Of a stretch of DNA of 64,000 bases, positions 23,044-33,800 are shown piece by piece. Source of the DNA: Antedon mediterranea (taxonomy: Eukaryota > Animalia > Echinodermata); assembly GCF_964355755.1 (NCBI RefSeq), contig NC_092673.1, positions 16,611,548 through 16,675,547 of the forward strand, written 5' to 3'. The number at the start of each line of letters is the position of its first letter. Positions within the stretch are counted from its first letter, which is position 1. The notes beneath the pieces were generated by a model that had not been told where the DNA came from, ran no database searches, and saw nothing but the letters and a program-made list of their open reading frames with translations. The translations under genes were made by a program, and so were the position numbers.

Positions 23044-25197
23044 ATGGCGTCCAGACGCAGGCACGGTTCTAATGAACGTCACGAAGACAGTAAGAAAGTA
23101 AGAAAACTTGATACTGTGTGGATATCATCTGATGATGAAGATGATGATGATGATGGACCTTCAACGTTAGCAAAATCTGCTACCGTAACACCTTTAAATT
23201 ATGAAATATTTCAACGGCCGCCGAATAACGTGCCCGAAATTGATTCGGAGACTGAAGTTCAACCGGAGCAGCAGCAGCATGCAGGTGATGTATACGACGA
23301 CGGGTTTTTGGAACGTGATACCGATTCGTCGTACAGAGTACAACACGACGACTCAAAAAATAAGATAAGAAATCTTCATTTTGTAAAAGATAAAGTAAGC
23401 GGCAACATTTGGTATAAAGTACCGAAATGGTTGGACGCAAACGCCGTAAACAACTTTACCAAAAGAAATGAACCGTTTACAATTGAAAACATCGTTTCGT
23501 TTACAAAACTGTCTGTGTACTTGAACAATACAATTGCTCTGGATAAAATCAAGCAAATGCTCATAAACACAGGCATTGTATTCCCAAAAATCTCAACGGA
23601 TACAATTGAAACAATTTCGAAAGAAGCGACAGTAATGTTTTTTGATCCGATTAGAACTGCAGTTGTACTCCAATTGATTCACGCGACAATCCAACGGGAA
23701 AAAGCATACGCAATATCGAGTGTCATTGCCGATTCGTTGATTTTCTGGGCACCGCTCATTCACGATTTGTTTGTTAAGAAACCAGATTTGATTTCCATGT
23801 GGATGTCTCAGATTCCGCCATGTTTCTTTGACAAATTACTGAGTCGAAACGCTCGCAAAAGCGGTTACAATGCAGACGTGAATCGGTTAGTGACCGTATG
23901 GGTTGCATCATTGCCCGACAACAAGATCAACGCGACAAGCATGGGCATTCTTCTCGACTCGTCCGTATTCTCGCCGTATAGAATGAACGAACACAACAAC
24001 AACGTCGTCGTCGATGATTTACGAACCACCGACAGAATCAAGACGCTCTTGAAAATGTCTGCTCGACCACCGGAACGTCAACTTGCCTGTCAGGACACAC
24101 CGAACGCATCTGTTTTTACCGTTCTTTCTTCCGGTGACGTGTACATGAATCATGCGTTCACAGGTACAACCATACTTGTCATTCGACCATTGTTTCATGA
24201 CGTAACAATAAAGGGCGTTTTAAGTTGCACGAGTAACAAGAACACACTGTACGCCGTCTTTGAAACAGATTTTCAAGTGTACGAGTGCACCAGAGAAACC
24301 CTGAACAAGGGCGGTATAGCAGAATGGACTAAAATTGGCGAAATGCCTGTCGTTTGCCGGCATCGTTGTGGAATGCAAATGTTTTGTTTTCTGGATAGAT
24401 TGCTAGTGTTTGTTGGTGGTAGATTCGAAACCGGCGCACCGACTGACATGTTAGACTTTCTAGGAACCGACATGAGTAGATGCGATACTGAAAAATATGG
24501 ATTCGTGTATGACACGATACGAAAAGAGTGGTTTGCTTTCAATACGACGTATCGTTATTACTCGAGTAAATGGTGCAAAGGAAACGAGTCAAACGGTGAA
24601 ATCGAACTGTTCACTATCGGCAACGTCATGTGCACTAGAGCTGAGCCTAAAACGGTTGTTTCTAAGCTTTCAATAATCTCGAGCCAATTGATGGCCGACG
24701 TTGACATTCCGAACAGAATACTTCCGTCTCGTTTCGTTGATAATTTTGCCAAATCATACATTCGACACTTGGACAAAAACACGTCGCTTATACACGACAG
24801 TGGACACATTTTTGTTGTCAACAATGAACATGTTTTTAAACGTAATGAAAAACACGGCCCGTGGTTCAGGCAAAAAGTCAGATCAACCGTAAAGTTTCCT
24901 TTTATTTACGACGTATTAGACGGAATACCACGCATGATTGGCGGTTACAACCCGGCAACAAGGTCTTGGCATTCTATGGCTCCAACCAAATTGAACAGGT
25001 TCGTAAAATTTGAAAACGCCGGACCTCGTCCTCCGTCACACGTCATATCAGCGTCTATACGAAGTGGATTCTCAAAACATTTTCATCACGTTTGCATGCC
25101 CGTTACAGAACATAATGAGACAAGACATTGGCCTTTGTTTTCGTTGGTATCGCTTTACATCAGAACCAATTGTGACGCATGGATACAGAGGCGTTGA
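23044..25197 (+). CDS. Divergent Kelch-repeat protein with helical (BACK-like) middle region, about 717 aa
   Basis: Kelch signatures W-x5-MP...RCG...LLVFVGG...YDTIRKEW and MIGGYNPATRSWHSMAP; N-terminal basic NLS and acidic run. Confidence 0.7.
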   Translation: MASRRRHGSNERHEDSKKVRKLDTVWISSDDEDDDDDGPSTLAKSATVTPLNYEIFQRPPNNVPEIDSETEVQPEQQQHAGDVYDDGFLERDTDSSYRVQHDDSKNKIRNLHFVKDKVSGNIWYKVPKWLDANAVNNFTKRNEPFTIENIVSFTKLSVYLNNTIALDKIKQMLINTGIVFPKISTDTIETISKEATVMFFDPIRTAVVLQLIHATIQREKAYAISSVIADSLIFWAPLIHDLFVKKPDLISMWMSQIPPCFFDKLLSRNARKSGYNADVNRLVTVWVASLPDNKINATSMGILLDSSVFSPYRMNEHNNNVVVDDLRTTDRIKTLLKMSARPPERQLACQDTPNASVFTVLSSGDVYMNHAFTGTTILVIRPLFHDVTIKGVLSCTSNKNTLYAVFETDFQVYECTRETLNKGGIAEWTKIGEMPVVCRHRCGMQMFCFLDRLLVFVGGRFETGAPTDMLDFLGTDMSRCDTEKYGFVYDTIRKEWFAFNTTYRYYSSKWCKGNESNGEIELFTIGNVMCTRAEPKTVVSKLSIISSQLMADVDIPNRILPSRFVDNFAKSYIRHLDKNTSLIHDSGHIFVVNNEHVFKRNEKHGPWFRQKVRSTVKFPFIYDVLDGIPRMIGGYNPATRSWHSMAPTKLNRFVKFENAGPRPPSHVISASIRSGFSKHFHHVCMPVTEHNETRHWPLFSLVSLYIRTNCDAWIQRR

Positions 25198-25694
25198 AAC
25201 ACATTTTACTACTACTACTCATACTACTACTACTACTTTACCACCATCGTTGTGTAATGTGCATCGATGAACGTCCGGACTTGTTAATTGGATCGGTGTA
25301 CGTTGACAGAGTATCGCCGTTTCTATATCACGACGCATGCATTAGAGAGAGCGAAAAATATGCGTGCATTGACATCATCGAAGACGGTACTCATATTGTT
25401 ACGTGTTGTGATGAATGCGGTCGATGGGACGGTATGAAATATTCTTTAGAAACGTGTAGCCTAAACCGATCGGCTGATGATCAATGGCTTCTCGTACCGG
25501 ACAATGATGGATGCGATCTGTTTGGTTCTCATTGCTTTTTTCCATTAGGTGAAAACGTGGGAAGGTGCGTTCCCGCTCTGTTTGGTTATCCAGAAACTAT
25601 TCCCGTATCGGATGAGTGCTTTCAACGATGTAATGTAGACGCGGCAGTATATGAGCCGATGTCGATAGAAATCTTGTGCGTATGCGACATTTAA
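25179..25694 (+). CDS. Secreted cysteine-rich protein, 171 aa
   Basis: Leucine-rich signal peptide, many cysteines, no TM segment. Confidence 0.65.
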   Translation: MDTEALKHILLLLLILLLLLYHHRCVMCIDERPDLLIGSVYVDRVSPFLYHDACIRESEKYACIDIIEDGTHIVTCCDECGRWDGMKYSLETCSLNRSADDQWLLVPDNDGCDLFGSHCFFPLGENVGRCVPALFGYPETIPVSDECFQRCNVDAAVYEPMSIEILCVCDI

Positions 25695-26270
25695 AAATTG
25701 TATATATACAGCACCAAACTTTAACTGCAATGCAACTATGTTATCTACATTGCTACATTAAGTAAATTGAAAAAAAAAAGGGGGGGGGGAGGAGAGGTTG
25801 GGGGTTTTTACGTAATAAGCTGTGTTTATCAGTTGATTTTATTTTGTACAATTTTACTATATCTTGTTTTGTATTCATTTGTGTAAAGTAATGATCTACT
25901 GTATGTATCGATGTAAATTGAGGGGGGGGGGAGGGGTAGGATAGTTGCTTTTGCCTTTTTTTACTTTTCTGTTAATTGTTATATTTTATATTGTGAAGGA
26001 TGCACCTTTGTGCTAAGTGTGCTAAAGATCTAAAGGTGTAATTCCAAATAAATAAATGCAAAACTTTTTGTATGTAATTCACTTTTATTTTAATGTTGTC
26101 ACTTTCTTATGGATTAATAAAAGAAAATAAATTTGATACAGCACATTTTTTTGTTTTTGTTTTTCTCTCTCTCTATCTCTCTCTCTCACTCATCTCGCTC
26201 TTATAGAAACTGATGTTAAGCATTACTAATGCGTTTTCCACATCTCCCCCCCCCCCCCGCGCGCGCGTCT

Positions 26271-27598
26271 ATATGGGTCGCGTCACAACTAAAGGAGCCG
26301 CCGGCCTTGTGTCGCAAAAGCTATAATATTGCTATAATTAGCTTTGAATGTTGGAATAGTCAATTTAAAATAATTATTTTTTTCTTACATATTCGACATA
26401 TTCAACTATTATAGTTTACTTGTCCTTAAAACTTAATTTTGTTCCAAAATACATACATTTTGACGTTTTTTTATAGACAATATTGTAAGGTTTTGTGTGG
26501 AATTCTGACTATTTCAGTCGTAAACGGCCGGCCAAAAATCATCTACCTTATTTTTCAATCGAATGTTCCCGCCTTTCCAAACATTGTCACAACTGGTATG
26601 GTTTTAAAGCTTGTAACGTCATCTTTCAGAATATCATGAATAAACATTTAAATATGCAATCATAGTCCAATCACAATCACTTTTATAAAGGCTTCGGCCT
26701 TAAATACAGCCAAACAAAAGGGACTAATCGCGTCCTCTGATTGGTCAATCACTTGTGAACGTGCGTAGACGTATTGTTTACTACCTTGGTAAGCTGTTCG
26801 CACGAGGTTTACAGTGTGCTACTACATTATTGTCCTACTTTAGTGTTATAATTTACAATCTTTTAATAAACTATACTATAATTCTTTTGCATCATTCAAA
26901 TTAATAGTTTGATATAATTAATAGAAATGTCAGAAATTCTGATAATGAACGATCAGAAAAAGTCATAGCTGACGCTTTAAATGCTAGCCTTCTTGCTAAT
27001 GCTAAAGCCTGGATGATGGGGATAGACGAAGATTCTGACGGCGAGGATAGTTATTGAAAACGAAGAAGAATGTGTAAGAATTTGTATAGGCCTAATCATG
27101 ATCTAGAGTAGAAGTGAGTTATGTTAACAGATTGTGTGTGCTCAAAATAATCCATTAATCAACATAATTATGTAATTTTTAATTGTTGTATTTTATATAT
27201 GAAGATGATAATAAAATTGAAAGAAATTAAAGTGTAATCTATACTCGTATTCATTGTTTAAGTGTTAAAAATTTCATGTAGATTCAGTAATAATAACTAA
27301 TGGTATCCAAGGCGAATGTGTTGTGGTTATTGAATAAAACCAATGTAATGGTCCACTGAACTTAAAAGGCTGTTTTCTAATTGTTGATAATCTATTGAAT
27401 TCGGAAGTAATCTATTGAATTCGGAAGTTCTTGGTTGAAATAGGGTCATATCTTAATTGCCTTGAAATAAATTATAAAGCAAGTTACATTATTTTTTTTT
27501 AGAAAGCTTAAAGAATGGAGATTAATATTATAATAATAATTTAAAAAAAAAAAAATAATTTCAACCCAAAGCTCCTTTTGTGGTGACACGACACATAT
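26271..27598. mobile_element. 1.33-kb non-autonomous TIR element (complete R1 copy)
   Basis: Left end ATATGGGTCGCGTCACAACTAAAGGAGC and right end GCTCCTTTTGTGGTGACACGACACATAT are imperfect inverted repeats. ATAT at both ends may be the TSD. The same terminus occurs at 43378. Confidence 0.75.
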
Positions 27599-27761
27599 CT
27601 CTTTTGTAAAATAGGATACAAACTAAACGTCGCCGCGCGTCTTTGGACACTCACACTCACACACACATTAGGCTATTATGGGGGGGGGGGGGGGGGGCGA
27701 GGGAAATGGTAGATATAAAAAGAGAAATTTTAACAGAAAAAAAAGCACAACAAAACGGGAA

Positions 27762-28562
27762 ATGATGCTGCGAAGATCAGTAACTGAAAAGCTGAGAATT
27801 CAAAGAACAGAATACTTTGAAGAGAGATTTAAACGAATTCTGTTGATCAAAGGCTACGATGTACATCGAGACGTTTACACAGACCATACCACTCACGAAA
27901 TTTATTATGACCATCAATGGTACATTCCGGGGGAAGCGGATGTCCGGATTTCGAAAAGTATGGACTTTCATCCAACGATAGCACACACGGACTTGTTAGG
28001 AAAACCGATATTGAAAATGATGATCGCATATCTACTCCAGGGAGCGAATATAGAATTCGCATACACTGGTCGACGTAGGCCTACGTATTTCATTGAGGAA
28101 TTGGACGAGTATCTGCAAAGAATTCGGTTGCAATACATCAAAGGCGTAATTGTACAGTTTTACGATTTTACAAAGACAGGAAAGAGGGAAGTCTTGACAA
28201 CTTTCTATCATAATGTACTGGATGGTATGGAACGTGAAATGACCAGAAAACACACTTTCCTACCGAAAACTCTGTGGGATGTAGTAGAGAACATTTACGT
28301 TCCACAGGGACTCTCTCCTCTTCCAAAGTCGTTTATAGCAGGCACGCAGATGGCTATGCAAAAGGAATATAAATTTATCATGAAGAAATTACATCCCCAC
28401 ATGACACCGGAGCTCATACAAGAATATTCTAAATTCACTACATCTGATATTCCGGACGACATTCGCATTTCCGAAAGATTCCGTCTAAAGAAGAGTGAAG
28501 AAGAAGCTGACAAAGACGATGTAATGAAGACATTTGTAATATTTCAAATTCATCATGATTGA
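27762..28562 (+). CDS. Hypothetical protein, about 266 aa
   Basis: Clean ORF; TATAAAA at about 27714; ATG at 27762; AATAAA at 28622. No family recognised. Confidence 0.7.
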   Translation: MMLRRSVTEKLRIQRTEYFEERFKRILLIKGYDVHRDVYTDHTTHEIYYDHQWYIPGEADVRISKSMDFHPTIAHTDLLGKPILKMMIAYLLQGANIEFAYTGRRRPTYFIEELDEYLQRIRLQYIKGVIVQFYDFTKTGKREVLTTFYHNVLDGMEREMTRKHTFLPKTLWDVVENIYVPQGLSPLPKSFIAGTQMAMQKEYKFIMKKLHPHMTPELIQEYSKFTTSDIPDDIRISERFRLKKSEEEADKDDVMKTFVIFQIHHD

Positions 28563-28713
28563 AAAAAAAAAAAAAAATTATAGAATGCATTTGCTTTTTC
28601 TTTTAATAATTCTTTTTCTCGAATAAATATCATTTTTATTACAGAACATTTTTGTTTTGTTATTATTATAAACACATGTTATGTATACTTGTTATATAAA
28701 AAAATCGATTTCT

Positions 28714-30042
28714 TCAACCCGTTTCAAGAAACATCTCAATGGGAACCAATACGCCTGGCTCGCGGACATACTCACAATCGAGCCAACGATAGCCGGATGT
28801 CTCGTACAATCGTTTAGCGAAAAGACGTTCGTCGAAGAAACACATATTATGTAAAGTTAACTTGACGACGTTGATGATTGGTGTCATGAATTCAGCCATG
28901 CCTGCCTCGTCGATATTCATTTCGATCAGGTTCAAATGCCTCAGTGCGGTGTTGGGGCTCGTTTCCATCTCACCGAACGGATCACCTTTGCAATTCTTTA
29001 TCGTTATCGTGTTCAGGTTCGGATGTTCCGACATGACAACAGAAAGAAAACCTTCGTCCACTATTGAATTTAGCAGAAACAAAGTGGTCAAAGAGTCCCA
29101 GCTCATCAATCGCAAGCCGACTGACATGTCGACTCGGTCATCCGTGTAGCCGTCCAACGAAAGTTCTAGAGAGGTTTCTTTTGAAGATTCGGCGAAATGG
29201 TCGATGGCCGCATTTAAACTGGTCCGATTGACCATCTGCATCCACACTGTGTCTTCTTTGTTTCGTGTGTAGGGACGAACCTTCAACACTTCGGTTTCTT
29301 TCCACACGGACGAGACTGTGATTAGGTTAAAGTAACGTCCAACATCTGCCCCGTTGGAGCGTCCGTCGTACACGATCAACAGCCTGTAGTTCAGATTTTG
29401 ATCCGTCTCCGTCATGTCGCAGTTGGTCAGTACCACGTAGTAGGTATATTTGCTAGAAAATCCATCGGGAACCAGGGTTTGGCGAACGTCGTCCAAGTGC
29501 ACTTTCATGTTTTTGCAATGTATCGATGAATGTCCTATTTTGTCCGACGGGATTAGTTGATTGGCAGCCGGGTGGAAAACAACACCGGTGCACGAGTCCA
29601 ATTCCAAATACTCCAAGCAGACCACCGTTTCTTCCAAGATGCGATGCAGTGTTCCCTCTCTAAAATGCACATTCTTCAGCACTAGGTTAGACATGTAGAA
29701 TTGCGGCAAAGTCGATTGCGAATCGAGAACCGGCTTAAACTTTCGCTTCACGCACATCAACAGGCTTCCGGCGGATGGTCGGCAGCTTTGAAACGTGTCA
29801 ACCGTACCGTGACGTTTACGTTTGCACAGTTGTACGGCCGCCTCGGTTGCGATCAATTCCAAATCGCCCAACAATCCGGTCATGTAGGGACTCGAGTTGG
29901 CCAACTCTAACTGAGACACGTAATCCATGAAGGAGAAAATGTACAGCAGCAATTCGGTCGGCAGGTTGCACAAATTACAACGGTCGTTCGTTCGTTTTTG
30001 ACATCGTTTCGCTCGTTTCCTTCTTTTTCTTCTTCCTGCCAT
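28714..30042 (-). CDS. F-box protein with LRR-like repeats, 442 aa
   Basis: Basic NLS then F-box LCNLPTELLLYIFSFMDYVSQLELANSS; LRR-like LEYLELDSC, LTTLFLLNS, LNTITIKNC, LRHLNL. Confidence 0.85.
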   Translation of the reverse strand: MAGRRKRRKRAKRCQKRTNDRCNLCNLPTELLLYIFSFMDYVSQLELANSSPYMTGLLGDLELIATEAAVQLCKRKRHGTVDTFQSCRPSAGSLLMCVKRKFKPVLDSQSTLPQFYMSNLVLKNVHFREGTLHRILEETVVCLEYLELDSCTGVVFHPAANQLIPSDKIGHSSIHCKNMKVHLDDVRQTLVPDGFSSKYTYYVVLTNCDMTETDQNLNYRLLIVYDGRSNGADVGRYFNLITVSSVWKETEVLKVRPYTRNKEDTVWMQMVNRTSLNAAIDHFAESSKETSLELSLDGYTDDRVDMSVGLRLMSWDSLTTLFLLNSIVDEGFLSVVMSEHPNLNTITIKNCKGDPFGEMETSPNTALRHLNLIEMNIDEAGMAEFMTPIINVVKLTLHNMCFFDERLFAKRLYETSGYRWLDCEYVREPGVLVPIEMFLETG

Positions 30043-30371
30043 TTTAATTCTTTTTAATTTTTTAATTTATTTATTTTTTAGATGTCTTTTCGGCAAAATC
30101 TGACATTCGACTGAGATGTTTTGGAAACGTCAAGTTCCATTTTATGCATTCTTAGCGAAACGAATAATTCGCTAGAGCGTATAGGTAAAGTATCTGAAAG
30201 GTATTCGAGCTTTTGCGTGCCTGATTCGATTTTGTATGCATGTGAACTAGTAATGCATCTGTTATCGAATACGTTTCGATATTATTATAGTAGGTTTTGT
30301 TTGTTTCTTGGCGGATTATAATGTATTTTAAACTCTATTATTTAGTCTTTATTATAATCCACAACAAACGC

Positions 30372-30720
30372 GGTGGGTATAATATTGCACCATCATTATT
30401 TTATGTGTGTGTGTATTAAACATAGCATCTAGGGTGAATATTAGTCTTTATATCGACGTCATCTACAACAAACGGTGGGTATCTGACGTATTTCATAACG
30501 CATCCAGATTGCAAGCGTGGGTATAATATTGCACCATCATTATTTTATGTGTGTGTGTGTATGTGTGTGTATTAAACATAGCATCTAGGGTGAATATTAG
30601 TCTTTATATCGACGTCATCTACAACAAACGGTGGGTATCTGACGTATTTCATAACGCATCCAGATTGCAACCGTAGGTATAATAATATTGCACCGCCATT
30701 ATTTTAGCATCTTACGTGTA
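30372..30720. repeat. Tandem duplication of about 145-155 bp in the divergent promoter region, with CRE-like sites
   Basis: Two copies plus a partial third of gtgggtataatattgcacc...atcGACGTCAtctacaacaaacggtgggtatcTGACGTatttc. Confidence 0.75.
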
Positions 30721-30814
30721 CTAAATATAGCTGACATCATCATGGGTAGGTGACATCATACAAGTATAATGTATTATAGTACGACTCTCCGTTTACAATC
30801 ACTATGCAAGAGAA

Positions 30815-33800
30815 ATGGATTTGATGACACTCGTAGTGTTTGTGCTCTCGACGACCAATGCAATGTCCATATTGTACGGTACGTTTTCGGCTGCTCAACA
30901 TAGGTTATCAATGTCTGATTATCACCGGGAGTTTTACAATCAAAACTCACGAGACATTTGGATGATGTAAGTAAAAAAAAAAATTGTTTTTCTGCTTCAT
31001 CTTCTTCTATTACTTTTCTAGTTACTTATGCATAGGTCACGTCTAGGCTAGGTAGGCCTAAATTGCATGTATTGCAAGTTGCTAGCCAGGTAGCGATTTT
31101 TTTTTTCGTACATAATTTGGGGACCCCTCATGAAACGTCACAAAATAAACATGAATAATTCATCAGTTAAATTTGTTTTTCCGTGTGCACCCAAGCGTAT
31201 AGCAACAAGAAGTGATTAAACTAAAGCGATACGATTCTTTCTACAGTAGAAAAAATTACGCGGCCTGGGATTCTAGGTCAATTCACGTGATTGCCTTCGC
31301 GCCCTCTTCTTCACACACACACCACTGGCATGCATAATGTGTCAAGGCTAATCGTAATTCTGCTATTTTATTATCAAACAATATGTACTCAAAGAAAAAT
31401 GCGCGTATATGAACACATGAGATGGGAAAGATTAGACCCACGAGAATAAAAAATGTATTTTTGTGTAATGTTTATTGTTTAATTTTGCTGACTTATATTA
31501 GTATTACTCGGACTGTGTCATACCTAACACACACACACACACACACACAGCTACTACTTGAATAGACCGTGGGTTTAGAGACTAACATTAGGCCTAATAC
31601 ATGTAGTATTAATAGAAACTATCATTTTTTAACACGTAATTCTTTAGTAATAAATTATATTAAAAACACCATAAACTAAAGGCTGATTATTTTGACAATC
31701 CACACAAAACGCCGTTATTCTTTTATGAAATTGCACGCCGCAACCACAGCGTAGATAGGCCTAGAATCGTACCGCGCGCGCACTTGTGTAATCACTTCTT
31801 GTTGCTATACGCTTCGGGTGCAAACGGAACAAGAACATTTTTATTAACTGATGAATTATTCATGTTTATTTTGTGACGTTTCATGAGGGGTCCCCAACTT
31901 ATGTACGAAAAACAAAATCGCAGCCAGGTAGGCCTGTCCCCCAAAATGTATTTTATTTTTACTGCTTTTGGAATACCTGTACATATACAGTCAATATATA
32001 AAGTGTTGCATGTAGTATGCCTATGGACTTAGTGAGTTATGTTTTGTATAATCCACTGTGTTGTTGCTGGTAATGTGTTTACATTGATATAGAAAAGTTA
32101 TAATTTTGAAATACATTGTATGTTTCTACGGTGGTTTCGTTATTGACAAAAAGTCATACCCCCTCTATAGTTTTAATCTTAATATTTCCATAACCTAACC
32201 AGAGAGGGCGCACTATAATAATAATAATAATATTTATTTGGAACAACACTTTTTTAACAGTGGCACACATGCGTAGATGGTGCGTCCATACCAATCACAA
32301 CATTAAAAATAAAAACTGAAACGAAAATAAAACATATTTGAGATAATGACATAAAATTTGACTCGAAAATATGAATATTCATGAGAAAATGTTAAATGAG
32401 CGGTTATTTTATCTTACTATGGGATGGCGAGAAAAAAAGCGTGTTTCTTCGAAGCCTGGTGAGTAGTTGAAATTTAGAGTGTAAATATGCTTAAAATTAG
32501 TAATTATTCAATGTAAAAATATGGTTAAATTTGGATATTTATATATAATTAGTTGTTAGTCACTTTAGGAACTGAGATTTATTTTATTTCGTAGGCAATT
32601 GTTACGAGAATTGTTAATATAAGGTTTCAGCTTGACGTGAACCGTATTTGAATTGTATACAGCATGGCCAAGATCGCCCCATCTAGTAGGCCTAGGCTAC
32701 CCCCACGACGTGGGTAGTCAGGTCCACTTACCAGGTTGACGCGACTTGGCTTGGCTTGTATATAAAGATAATGATTATTTTTGATTTAAAAAAAAATACA
32801 TTAGCCTAGGCTTAGTTTAGGTGATAATATTAATGTAAAATTTTAAAACTTAACATAGGCTAGCCTAGGTAGGATGGATATCTGGATGGGGTGGACTGGG
32901 TAATAATAATGATTAAATCAGCGATGATGTCCAGTATACTAGCTAGCCTAGGCCTAGTAGTAGTAGTAGTAGTAGTTAGTAGGCCTACTAGGAGGCTAGT
33001 ATATCCACCCATTAATTAATGAATTCAGTAATATAAAAGATACTGTTTAAATGGTATGTATATTATTTAACCTAAAACCGTTTGTTTTAATATTTATAGT
33101 ATTAAACAGTTTTTTTTAAAGGGTAATGAGGAAAAAATATGTACTTTTTACTTTAGTCAGCTTTGTCAAAATGTTTGTAGGCATAGGCCTAGTCCCTCTA
33201 TTTAAATAAATACTTGAGTTGACAACACTGCAGTTAAATTAATATTTACTGATCCAAACATGTCTTGGCATTTAAACAAATAACATATAATATTTTTTTT
33301 TCAGAACACATGGATGTGCTCCAATCAATATTGTCACAGTCAAAAGTGATGGGCATTGAAGTTAAATGAAAAGGGTAATTTGCATAGAACTATTCAGGTG
33401 TATTACAAAGGATGCCATGGTTTTGGCACAGAATGTATAAGAATATCAAATGACAGTTCTCCTACTATACATCCACAATAACAGGAATGAATTCAGTAAT
33501 ATAACAGATACTGTTTAAATGGTATGTATATTATTTAACCTATAACCATTTGTATTAATTCTTATAGTATTAAACAGTTTTTTTTTAAGTAAGTGAGGAA
33601 AAAATATGTACTTTTTACTTTAGTTACCTTTGTTTTGTAAGCATAGTCCCTCTATTTAAATTAATACTTCAGTTGACAATGCTGCAGTTAAATTAATATT
33701 TACTGAACCAAACATGTCTTGACATTTTAACAAATAACATATAATATTTTTTTTCAGAACACATGGATCAGCTGCAATCAATATTCATATACTGTTTAAA

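Noticed and set aside
25770-25940. Telomeric or pac signals in G-runs
   Set aside because: There is no TTAGGG array or recognisable terminus; the tract looks like low-complexity or retroelement-tail DNA.
27678-27761. Gly-rich N-terminus of the 294-aa ORF
   Set aside because: It derives from a poly-G tract upstream of a TATA box; ATG 27762 is the more plausible start.
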